A stretch of 42,470 bases of DNA from a virus (lineage: Duplodnaviria > Caudoviricetes), in IMG/VR virus record IMGVR_UViG_3300025600_000032, positions 1 to 42,470 of that record. One strand, written 5' to 3'. The stretch's first letter is position 1; the number at the start of each line of letters is the position of its first letter. Below are positions 34,854 through 42,470 of this stretch, piece by piece. The translations under genes and the position numbers were made by a program. Below the pieces are notes generated by a model, which was not told the DNA's origin, ran no database searches, and saw only the letters and a program-made list of their open reading frames with translations.

Positions 34854-37184
34854 ATGTCACAGAAACAATTAGTTCAGAAAGATATACAGATTCAAAATTC
34901 TCTTAGTGAGGTTGCTTCTGAATTTATTGGACTTAGTGCATTATCTGATGGTCTATATCAGAAAAGATATGGTGTTAATTCTGAACGTTTAGCAATTATA
35001 GATACTGGTGCGGTTGACAACCAAATTGCCTATTATGATAGTGCTACTGGTTGGTTAAAGACTAAGGCATTAAGTATCCAAGCACCCCTTGATGGCACTG
35101 GATTGGTGAGAATGGTAGGTACAGGGGTGAGCTATGACAATAATAGTTACTATTATTCAGGAAATTCAAATCTTTCAACAGTTGATTGGAATGCTAAGAA
35201 TTTAACAGCAACAGGGGGTAACTCAACGCAGTGGAATACAGCTTATACTAATACTCATGTTGCAGGTTCGGATAATCAGAGTTTGTCAACATCAGGATCA
35301 ACAGTGTCTCTATCAGGTGGTGGTAGTTCTTTTTCTTTAGCAGGTAATCATGGAATTTCATTTGCTAATATAGGAGGTAACACTATTCAGGCAACTTTGG
35401 ACGATTTACCTACTGGTCAAGGTATTGGTTATTATAATGGTGGTGCATGGGGGAGTTCTATATATGGTACTGGTTTTCTAAAAATGAGTGGAACTACTGC
35501 AAGTTTTGATAATAACAGTTATTACTATTCAGGTAATTCTAATCTAACAACAGTTGACTGGACTGCTAAAAATGTTAGAGTTAATGGTTCGCTTGGAATT
35601 GGATATACCACATTTTCAAAAAGTATTGCTCTTAATGGGAACGTTTCTCATACAATTGGAATTGAATCACCCACTACTGCTATAGATGGTAGTTCATTAA
35701 CTATAAATGCAGGAAGTACTCTTGCAGGAAGTACAAGTAAAATTGGAGGTAATTTAGTTTTACAAGGTGGTTTAAATACTGGTTCTGGTGTAAGTGGTGA
35801 TGTTCAATTATGGACAGCTTCCGTTATTGGAGCAATATCAACAGTTTCAGTATCTAATGGTGGTAGTGGATATTCTGTGGGAAATGTTCTAAACATTGCT
35901 GGAGGAACTGGTGGAACTGTTACTGTAACATCTATTAATCCAACTGGAGGTATTGTAATAGAGGTGGTAGTAAATAACCCTGGCACTATATATACAACAG
36001 GAGTTAAAACTACAACTAGAGTAGGTGGTGGACCAACTTCATGTACAATAAATATTACAGCAGTTACTGTTACTGGAACAAGTACAACATCAGGAACATT
36101 AGTTAATAGACTTACAGCATTTGGATCTAATGGTTTTGTTGGTATAAATTATGCAACAAATCCTAATCTTGCAAATAATTATAGATTTGGAGTTGATGGT
36201 GATACGGACATAAATGGATTACTTGAAACAAACTCAATAAAAATAACTACTGGGGCCGTTGATGGTTATTTTCTTAAATCAGATGCCTTGGGTAATGGGT
36301 CATGGTCACCAATTTCTACTTCACAAGTATATAAAGGCACATGGAGTCCTGCTCCTAACATTGCACCTACGGGAACTACTAATGGATGGTATTATAGAGT
36401 AATAGCAGCAGGGACATGGAATAGTATTACTTTTGCAATTGGAGATGATATACAATATAATGGAGCATGGCAACGTATTCCTGGACAAGGATATACACTA
36501 CAATTAGCAACAGGTAATGTCAGAGGAGGAATCATGATAGGCACAGGGATTACTATGACAGGTGATGTTGCAAGTGTATCAACTGCATACCGTTCTGATA
36601 CATGGGTTCCAAGTTGGACTGATGTAACAAGTAAGCCCACAGGTCTAAGTTCATTTACTAATGATGTTCCTTTTATAGTTACTGAAACAGATCCTGTTTT
36701 TACAGCCTGGAATAAATCAACAGGGATTAGTATTGTAAAGTCACAAATTTCTGATTTCCCATATATCCCTATTGAATATACTGATGCAATGGCAGATATT
36801 AGAGTTGTTGCTGGTATTACAGGTAAAGCAAACTTATCTGGAGCTGCATTTACAGGTGCTATATCAGGAACAACTGCTACGTTTAGTGGGAATGTAACAT
36901 TATTAAATGCAACATTATCAGGATCGGATATAAGACTTAAGAGTAATATAAAAGCAATTGATCTTAATGGAGTAGATAAAGTACAATTTAAGCAATTTAC
37001 TATGAAGTCTGATCTATTAGGTAAGACAAGATATGGTGTAATAGCACAAGAATTGGAATTAGTAATGCCTGAACTTGTATATACAGATGATAAAGGAATA
37101 AAAGCAGTGGCATATATTGATCTACTTATAGCTAAGGTTGCACAATTGGAAGAACGAATTAAACAATTAGAATTATGCCATTAG
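34854..37184 (+). CDS. Long tail fibre with a C-terminal intramolecular chaperone (peptidase S74/ICA)
   Basis: G/T/S-rich body, then SDIRLKSNIK...YGVIAQELE..V.PELV...VAYIDL and a terminal coiled coil. Confidence 0.85.
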   Translation: MSQKQLVQKDIQIQNSLSEVASEFIGLSALSDGLYQKRYGVNSERLAIIDTGAVDNQIAYYDSATGWLKTKALSIQAPLDGTGLVRMVGTGVSYDNNSYYYSGNSNLSTVDWNAKNLTATGGNSTQWNTAYTNTHVAGSDNQSLSTSGSTVSLSGGGSSFSLAGNHGISFANIGGNTIQATLDDLPTGQGIGYYNGGAWGSSIYGTGFLKMSGTTASFDNNSYYYSGNSNLTTVDWTAKNVRVNGSLGIGYTTFSKSIALNGNVSHTIGIESPTTAIDGSSLTINAGSTLAGSTSKIGGNLVLQGGLNTGSGVSGDVQLWTASVIGAISTVSVSNGGSGYSVGNVLNIAGGTGGTVTVTSINPTGGIVIEVVVNNPGTIYTTGVKTTTRVGGGPTSCTINITAVTVTGTSTTSGTLVNRLTAFGSNGFVGINYATNPNLANNYRFGVDGDTDINGLLETNSIKITTGAVDGYFLKSDALGNGSWSPISTSQVYKGTWSPAPNIAPTGTTNGWYYRVIAAGTWNSITFAIGDDIQYNGAWQRIPGQGYTLQLATGNVRGGIMIGTGITMTGDVASVSTAYRSDTWVPSWTDVTSKPTGLSSFTNDVPFIVTETDPVFTAWNKSTGISIVKSQISDFPYIPIEYTDAMADIRVVAGITGKANLSGAAFTGAISGTTATFSGNVTLLNATLSGSDIRLKSNIKAIDLNGVDKVQFKQFTMKSDLLGKTRYGVIAQELELVMPELVYTDDKGIKAVAYIDLLIAKVAQLEERIKQLELCH

Positions 37185-38143
37185 TACCAGATACGAATAC
37201 ATTTAGTTTGCGAGATGTGGTGAATGCAACAGGAGGAAATTCATTAGATACAGCATTTACTAATTCAGTTGCAGGTAATTTTGATTCAAGATATGGAAGT
37301 AAGACTATGAATCCCAAAACGTTATTAGGGTTTAGAAATTATACATATTCAACTGTTACATATTTAAATCAAGTTAACTTTGGTGGTTTACTTATAACTG
37401 CGATAGATATATCAGCAGATGGGTCTTATATATTTTTGCTCATTGAACCAAATGCTCAAGCGGCAGAAATAAGGAGATATATACTTTATACTAAATATAA
37501 TGTGAATACTATATCAACAACATATCAAGTTTTACAATTACCAATGTTATTTAATGGTGATACGAATGGACCAGGAGAATTATGGATACATCCTGATGGA
37601 AAAACTATATATACGAAGTATAGTAATTATATAAGAGAAATAACATTAACTACTGAAAATGATTTAAATTCATGGATTGGTGTTAATAATATACAAGTAA
37701 ATACAGGTAGTTTTGTAATAAAAAGTATATGGGTTTCTGATGAAGGATATGTTTGCGAATCAGAAGATGGATATACACCTATTAGAACTTTTAGTTTAAC
37801 AACACCCTATAGTGTAATAACAAATGGAGCAAAGCATTATAATAGAACTCGTCCTGCATATACAGGTTTAGAATACAATTTATCAGGAACATCATTTTTT
37901 GTTTTATCTAATTTTGGTACAGCATTTTTAGAACGTTATAACAATGGTCCAACTCCATTCTGTCCTTCAATTATGGATACAACTTTCGTTTCGGCTACAG
38001 GTTCTTGGGATTTATCTACAACAATTGTTAATAAAAATGCACTAGATTTTTGTTTTTCTGATAATAGACAATATATGTATACTCTTGATGGAAATACATT
38101 TGATGGAATATACATACATCAATTTGGATTACCAGAGTTGTAA
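37175..38143 (+). CDS. Putative fibre-tip adhesin with a beta-propeller-like domain
   Basis: N-terminal VPDTNTFSLRDV...LLGFRNY module, then blade-like repeats ISADGSYIF, IHPDGKTIY, YNLSGTSFF and FSDNRQYMY. Confidence 0.65.
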   Translation: MPLVPDTNTFSLRDVVNATGGNSLDTAFTNSVAGNFDSRYGSKTMNPKTLLGFRNYTYSTVTYLNQVNFGGLLITAIDISADGSYIFLLIEPNAQAAEIRRYILYTKYNVNTISTTYQVLQLPMLFNGDTNGPGELWIHPDGKTIYTKYSNYIREITLTTENDLNSWIGVNNIQVNTGSFVIKSIWVSDEGYVCESEDGYTPIRTFSLTTPYSVITNGAKHYNRTRPAYTGLEYNLSGTSFFVLSNFGTAFLERYNNGPTPFCPSIMDTTFVSATGSWDLSTTIVNKNALDFCFSDNRQYMYTLDGNTFDGIYIHQFGLPEL

Positions 38144-38164
38144 AATAATTTTATCATTTAAATT

Positions 38165-38407
38165 ATGATTAAAAAAATATTTTCAAAAAACGTAGAACTA
38201 TCCTCTAAACGTATATTTGGTGGTCTGTGTATTTTTTTGTATATTTGTTTATTAATTGGAAGTTTCATTGGATTACAAATATCTTTAACTCAACAATCCT
38301 TAATGAATAACCTTTTATACGTAGGTGGTGGACTACTCGGTGCTGGAGTTCTGGAGAGATTTGGAACGACAGTAAATGACAATCCTAATAATATGAGTGA
38401 ATCTTAA
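38165..38407 (+). CDS. Holin-like protein
   Basis: SSKRIFG followed by two TM helices and GGGLLGAGVLE. Confidence 0.6.
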   Translation: MIKKIFSKNVELSSKRIFGGLCIFLYICLLIGSFIGLQISLTQQSLMNNLLYVGGGLLGAGVLERFGTTVNDNPNNMSES

Positions 38408-38434
38408 TAGTTATAAATAGTTTAAATTTTTATT

Positions 38435-38590
38435 ATGAAATTAAAGGAGTTTATTAAAATGTTATTTGCTAGATTTAGCAAGTGGAGGTTAGAATTTATT
38501 AAAAAACTATCCAATGCTTGCGGTAATGTTACCATTGATATTGAATCAAATGATCCTCCAATTAGAACCGGAGGTGGAACAACTCCTTAA
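38435..38590 (+). CDS. 51-aa peptide (not in the ORF track)
   Basis: MKLKEFIKMLFARFSKWRLEFIKKLSNACGNVTIDIESNDPPIRTGGGTTP. Fills the gap and ends 2 nt before the next ATG. Confidence 0.6.
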   Translation: MKLKEFIKMLFARFSKWRLEFIKKLSNACGNVTIDIESNDPPIRTGGGTTP

Positions 38591-38592
38591 TC

Positions 38593-38955
38593 ATGAGGTG
38601 GCTACTAAGGATAGTTAAAATCTGGCCAATTGCAATTAATTTATCTATTTTAATTGTATTAATATGTTACATGTTCAATATATCCATAAATAACTATGTG
38701 TATCCAATATTTGGGCATTCGTTATTTGTGGATATTTGTTTTTTAATAATGTCCAAAGCTTTAAGGTTCTGCTTTTGGCATAGATTATTAATTTGGAATC
38801 TTATTGTGATTATAGTGATGGAGTGGTGGAGCGTAAACTTTTTTATTATTAATGAAATTTATTACGTTAGAACATTATTGGCTTTAGTTTGTTGTACTAT
38901 ATTAGTATCAACATTTCTAAGGATTAAATATGGAGTTTTTAAACGATTTAAATAA
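38593..38955 (+). CDS. Four-TM membrane protein
   Basis: Four hydrophobic segments and an FCFWHRL motif. Confidence 0.7.
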   Translation: MRWLLRIVKIWPIAINLSILIVLICYMFNISINNYVYPIFGHSLFVDICFLIMSKALRFCFWHRLLIWNLIVIIVMEWWSVNFFIINEIYYVRTLLALVCCTILVSTFLRIKYGVFKRFK

Positions 38956-38962
38956 TTAATGT

Positions 38963-39265
38963 ATGAAAGTATTAAGGAAGTTATTGGAAAAAGCAATACA
39001 AATGATTGATGATGGAGAGTGTGACAATGTTAGTGTTGAGGATTTGGAATTAATTTCAATATTAATTAATCATCCTACAACCATGGGTAGAGAGGCAGCA
39101 GCTGAATTTCTTGGGGTAAATTTAAATGAATTTCATAAATTAAGGAGAGATGGAATTATTTGTGAACCTAGAAAGGTTGTAGGATTTAAGGAACTACATT
39201 ATTACACATCTGATTTGAGAAAGTCAAAGCAGGCAATGAGTTTGATTAATAATAATATTCATTAG
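38963..39265 (+). CDS. HTH (excisionase/MerR-like) DNA-binding protein
   Basis: MGREAAAEFLGVNLNEFHKLRRDGII.EPRK..GFKELHY. Confidence 0.7.
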   Translation: MKVLRKLLEKAIQMIDDGECDNVSVEDLELISILINHPTTMGREAAAEFLGVNLNEFHKLRRDGIICEPRKVVGFKELHYYTSDLRKSKQAMSLINNNIH

Positions 39266-39285
39266 TATTAGTTATTGTGGTATAG

Positions 39286-39293
39286 TACTTTTG
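39286..39293 (+). promoter_or_regulatory. -7 promoter element
   Basis: TACTTTTG upstream of ORF 39333. Confidence 0.5.
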
Positions 39294-39332
39294 ATGTATT
39301 AATTTATTTATTAATCTTTAAAATTTATAAAA

Positions 39333-40142
39333 ATGCTTACATTAGATGGTACAACTATGCCTAATTTTAATAATGGTAATAGTTCAGGCGCTGGATTAGG
39401 AATCGGCGGAGGAGTTTTAGGTGGTCTTTTAGCTGGGGGTGTCGGTGGTGCTCTTGCGGGTGGATTGCTAGGTAATCGCAATGGTGGCGGTTGGGGTGGA
39501 AATGGTTGGAATGGTGCTGCCGCTCCTGCTACTACAGCAGTTGCTACGGATATTGTTCTTAATCCTGCATTTCAATCAGTACAGAATCAGGTCTCAAATT
39601 TAGCTAGTCAAGTTGCTGCTGGTGATTTGAATAACATTTTGCAGAGTGAGTTTCGTAGACTTAATCAAGCAATAGATTATAATGCTAATCAGTTTCAATC
39701 TAGTCTTGGTGACATTGCAACCGCACAAGCTGCTGCAAACTTTACTACCTTAAGTTCTATTAATGGACTTGGACGTGATGTTCAAACTCAGGTGAATGCA
39801 ACAAACGTTAATATGTTGCAGAATTTTAACCAATTAGGTTTACAGAACGTAAATGGTTTTAATAACCAAGCTATTCAGTCTCAAAACTTAGCAACTCAAA
39901 TAATCAATCAGGGTGTAGCTAGTGCTGCTGCAATGGCTGAATGTTGCTGTGCAATTAAGGGGTTGATATTATCTGATGGTAATATGACTCGTGCATTAAT
40001 TAATACAAATACTATCCAGGATTTGAGAGATAGAAATACCGATCTTGCAGGTCAGGTTTCTAATAATACTCAAAATCAGTATTTGTTAAACACCATTCTT
40101 TCTCATCTTTCTCCTGCCGCTGTTGTTTCAGCTGTAGTTTAA
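39333..40142 (+). CDS. Gly-rich / coiled-coil protein with a CC motif
   Basis: Gly-zipper N-terminus, N/Q-rich heptads and AECCCAIK...DGNMTRALI..NTIQDLRD. Confidence 0.7.
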   Translation: MLTLDGTTMPNFNNGNSSGAGLGIGGGVLGGLLAGGVGGALAGGLLGNRNGGGWGGNGWNGAAAPATTAVATDIVLNPAFQSVQNQVSNLASQVAAGDLNNILQSEFRRLNQAIDYNANQFQSSLGDIATAQAAANFTTLSSINGLGRDVQTQVNATNVNMLQNFNQLGLQNVNGFNNQAIQSQNLATQIINQGVASAAAMAECCCAIKGLILSDGNMTRALINTNTIQDLRDRNTDLAGQVSNNTQNQYLLNTILSHLSPAAVVSAVV

Positions 40143-40150
40143 TCTAACCG

Positions 40151-40179
40151 AAAGGGGAGTGTAATTACTCCTCTTTCTT
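40151..40179 (+). terminator. Intrinsic terminator
   Basis: AAAGGGGAGT-GTAATT-ACTCCTCTTT followed by CTT. Confidence 0.7.
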
Positions 40180-40194
40180 AAGACTTTAAAAATT

Positions 40195-40482
40195 ATGGCA
40201 AGTCCGATAACGATAGGGATAGCAACTGTAGTGGTTGCACCAATTAATAAAAAAAGAGTAAGTATACGATTTCAAAATACAGGAGCAACAATAATTTACC
40301 TTAAGAAAGTTCCTACAAATGGAGCTTATTGGGCGGTTAGCGCTGCTGATTATGAAGTTATGTTAGCCGTTCCTGCTGCTGGTACTATAGAGTTTTTTGA
40401 AACAAATTCTACTTCATCTTTTATAGCAATTAGTTCTGCTGCTGCTGGAGTACTATCAATTTACGAAACAAATAAAGTTTAA
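40195..40482 (+). CDS. Small all-beta hypothetical protein
   Basis: 95 aa containing RVSIRFQNTGATIIYL. Confidence 0.6.
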   Translation: MASPITIGIATVVVAPINKKRVSIRFQNTGATIIYLKKVPTNGAYWAVSAADYEVMLAVPAAGTIEFFETNSTSSFIAISSAAAGVLSIYETNKV

Positions 40483-40486
40483 TATC

Positions 40487-40660
40487 ATGGAAGAACCTGT
40501 ATATTCAATACCAGTATCTAAAGTGATGGAATTAGTTTTGATGGAAGAAAGGCAGAAAATTCGCAATTATTTTCAGAAAATTCTAGGAGAAGCAACTGCA
40601 GCTCAAATGGATTCATACGTACCTTCAGAGTCTGATGTATTACAATTATTTACACATTAA
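40487..40660 (+). CDS. Small hypothetical protein (57 aa, not in the ORF track)
   Basis: MEEPVYSIPVSKVMELVLMEERQK..., fills the intergenic gap. Confidence 0.55.
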   Translation: MEEPVYSIPVSKVMELVLMEERQKIRNYFQKILGEATAAQMDSYVPSESDVLQLFTH

Positions 40661-40672
40661 TAAATTGTCACT

Positions 40673-40936
40673 ATGGAAGAAAGTGTTAGTTTGGGTGATG
40701 TAGTTCACTTAAAAGAAGAAGTAGTTTCGAAGAAGATATATCCACTAGTTGAAGAAATGATATTCAGATCCGTAATTGGTAGTGAACAAGAGGGATATAG
40801 TCTTCTTCGTGCTGTTCAAATATTAGTCAATGAACTTGGTGCGAGTTCTATAATTGCAGTGGTGGATGCCATTGAGAAGAAACCGCAACTTATACAAAAG
40901 GCTAAAAGTTATTTACCTTTAATTTCAATGTTATGA
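40673..40936 (+). CDS. Hypothetical protein
   Basis: 87 aa with an ATGA overlap to the next gene. Confidence 0.55.
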   Translation: MEESVSLGDVVHLKEEVVSKKIYPLVEEMIFRSVIGSEQEGYSLLRAVQILVNELGASSIIAVVDAIEKKPQLIQKAKSYLPLISML

Positions 40937-41406
40937 CCAGTGAATTCTTAAGTTTAATAAGTAAGGTTATCGATATTCCATCTCAACCATCTACTATGAA
41001 AGAGATAATAACAATACTAGATGAACACCTTGATGAGATGTGCGTATTGTATCCAGAAATATACTCTGATATAATAGAGGATATTCATATAGTAGTTAAT
41101 GGTCCATATTTCGATTCTGAGTCTGTCGCAAAGGCGGTAGCAAGTTTGCAGAATGAGGATGGTACCGTTGGTCCTAAATGGACAATAACAGAAACAACTA
41201 CTGCTGCATCAAGTGTAGGAGTTATATTTGAGAAGTATAATATGTATGATTGGTATTATGTTCTTAATATGGTATATTCTGATTATTATAATGTTATAGG
41301 TGTTAATCAACCTGTATATTTTGAGTTAGCTAAGGCTTGGATTAATGATAAAGATGCTCCTGTAGGAAAGGCTTATCTATATCATAAAATGATCTCTGAT
41401 GTATAA
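40933..41406 (+). CDS. Conserved phage helical protein
   Basis: GPKWT..ET...YDWYYVLNMVYSDY...ELAKAWINDKDAP.GKAYLY. Confidence 0.7.
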   Translation: MTSEFLSLISKVIDIPSQPSTMKEIITILDEHLDEMCVLYPEIYSDIIEDIHIVVNGPYFDSESVAKAVASLQNEDGTVGPKWTITETTTAASSVGVIFEKYNMYDWYYVLNMVYSDYYNVIGVNQPVYFELAKAWINDKDAPVGKAYLYHKMISDV

Positions 41407-41430
41407 TGTTATAGTGTGTAGTTATTTTAT

Positions 41431-41438
41431 TACCTTTG
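41431..41438 (+). promoter_or_regulatory. -7 promoter element upstream of the lysozyme gene
   Basis: TACCTTTG, 16 nt before the ATG. Confidence 0.6.
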
Positions 41439-41454
41439 TAGCAAATAACTACAC

Positions 41455-41970
41455 ATGAAAACATCTAATACTGGTATTAAACTTATAATTCATTATGAGG
41501 GACTCAATGATGGAGATCTAACGGAAATTGGATTACAACCTAAGATGGATGTGAGTTCGATTTGGACGGTTGCCTATGGTCGTGCACTTAAGGATTTGGA
41601 TGGTTCTTGGCTTAAGGGAATCGCTGGATATAAGAGATTATTGGAGATTTATCCAGATCTAGAAACTCTCACAATTGATGAAGCAATTGAAATGCTTAAT
41701 GATGATTTAGTTCCTAGGGAGAAACAACTAAACTCTCTCAAATTAAATTTAAACCAAAATCAATTCGATAGTTTAATATCATTCATTTATAATTGTGGAT
41801 TTGAAAATTTTAAGTCCAGTACTTTACTAAAAAGAATTAAAAGTGGTATTGGTTCAATAGAAGATGCCTTTATGATGTGGGTAAAATCTGATGGTAAAAC
41901 ATATCCAGGTCTTATTGCTAGAAGAAAAACAGAATCAACACTCTTCATTACTGGAAATTTGGTGTTCTAA
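41455..41970 (+). CDS. Endolysin, GH24 phage lysozyme
   Basis: LIIHYEG...D..IWTVAYG, LNQNQFDSLISFIYNCG...STLLK and GLIARRKTE. Confidence 0.9.
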   Translation: MKTSNTGIKLIIHYEGLNDGDLTEIGLQPKMDVSSIWTVAYGRALKDLDGSWLKGIAGYKRLLEIYPDLETLTIDEAIEMLNDDLVPREKQLNSLKLNLNQNQFDSLISFIYNCGFENFKSSTLLKRIKSGIGSIEDAFMMWVKSDGKTYPGLIARRKTESTLFITGNLVF

Positions 41971-41983
41971 TAATAATTTAGCT

Positions 41984-42470
41984 ATGACAAAGCAGTTCGA
42001 AAACTTTAAAACTTTAATATTATTTATACTGATTGCAGGATTTGTTATAATTTTGTACTTCAGAAATTCAAAGATAGAGTCTCTGAATGCTAAATTGGCT
42101 GAACTACCTAAAATAGAATATGTAAATCACATTGATACAATAGAGGACTCTACTCCCGTATATATCACAAAACTAATTCCATCTAAGGCCGATACCGAAT
42201 ACGTAGCAGTAATCAAATATCTGGAAAAGTCTTTAACCAAAGAAGACTCTCTAAATATCGGAAAGAAAGTTATATCCTGGATTGAGGATTACAATACAAC
42301 CAGAACTTACAGCAAGATTTTCAAAGACGACAGTAGTGCTTTCGTAAAGTTTTCAACTGATATATACAGAAATAGACTTGTCGATCCAGAACTAATTTTT
42401 AAGAACAACTATCCAATATATAAAACTATTACCACTCCAAACAAAACAGAAATTTATGGTGGTTTCGGAG
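41984..42470 (+). CDS. Membrane-anchored spanin-like protein (partial)
   Basis: MTKQFENFKTLILFILIAGFVIILYFRNSK with a single N-terminal TM helix. Follows the endolysin and stays open to the window end. Confidence 0.5.
   Translation, partial: MTKQFENFKTLILFILIAGFVIILYFRNSKIESLNAKLAELPKIEYVNHIDTIEDSTPVYITKLIPSKADTEYVAVIKYLEKSLTKEDSLNIGKKVISWIEDYNTTRTYSKIFKDDSSAFVKFSTDIYRNRLVDPELIFKNNYPIYKTITTPNKTEIYGGFG

Noticed and set aside
35092-35573. Diversity-generating retroelement TR/VR pair
   Set aside because: The differences are mainly synonymous and not adenine-specific, both copies are in the same ORF, and no reverse transcriptase is in the window.
1433-36640. Antisense or nested ORFs in the track (for example 1433-1783, 3180-3377, 5250-5501, 14295-14519, 23520-23765, 30954-31292, 32400-32714)
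   Set aside because: They overlap stronger genes or structured regions on the locally non-coding strand or frame and show no recognisable motifs.
1-42470. Stop-codon reassignment (TAG or TGA), as in some crAss-like phages
   Set aside because: TerL, portal, helicase and fibre genes are full length in code 11, TAG and TGA end genes at sensible positions, and no suppressor tRNA was seen.

Overview
AT-rich 42.5 kb segment of a crAss-like (Crassvirales-type) phage, probably infecting a Bacteroidota host. It uses the standard genetic code and has two divergent arms that meet at about 15.2 kb. The left arm (minus strand) carries many small early genes, an RNA cluster (tRNA-Asn, tRNA-Cys, tmRNA, tRNA-like elements) and replication genes (initiator-like protein, DnaB helicase, HNH endonuclease, AAA ATPase, SSB-like protein, start of primase). 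The right arm (plus strand) runs through a DUF559 nuclease, HU/IHF-like, GroES-like, TerS-like, TerL and portal genes. It then has a long fibre/adhesin block, holin-like genes, an uncharacterised peptide-membrane protein-HTH-coiled coil module, a lysozyme and a spanin-like gene. The most notable signals are non-coding: (1) a circularly permuted two-piece tmRNA gene with a G3.U70 pair and the tag GKTVNFSQELLIAA; (2) a neighbouring permuted tRNA-mimic with YrlA/Y-RNA topology; (3) a dense array of strand-specific RNA structures at 13.0-14.9 kb; (4) a promoter-driven structured RNA of about 320 nt directly upstream of the nuclease gene. All calls come from motif recognition and hand pairing. No database searches were run.
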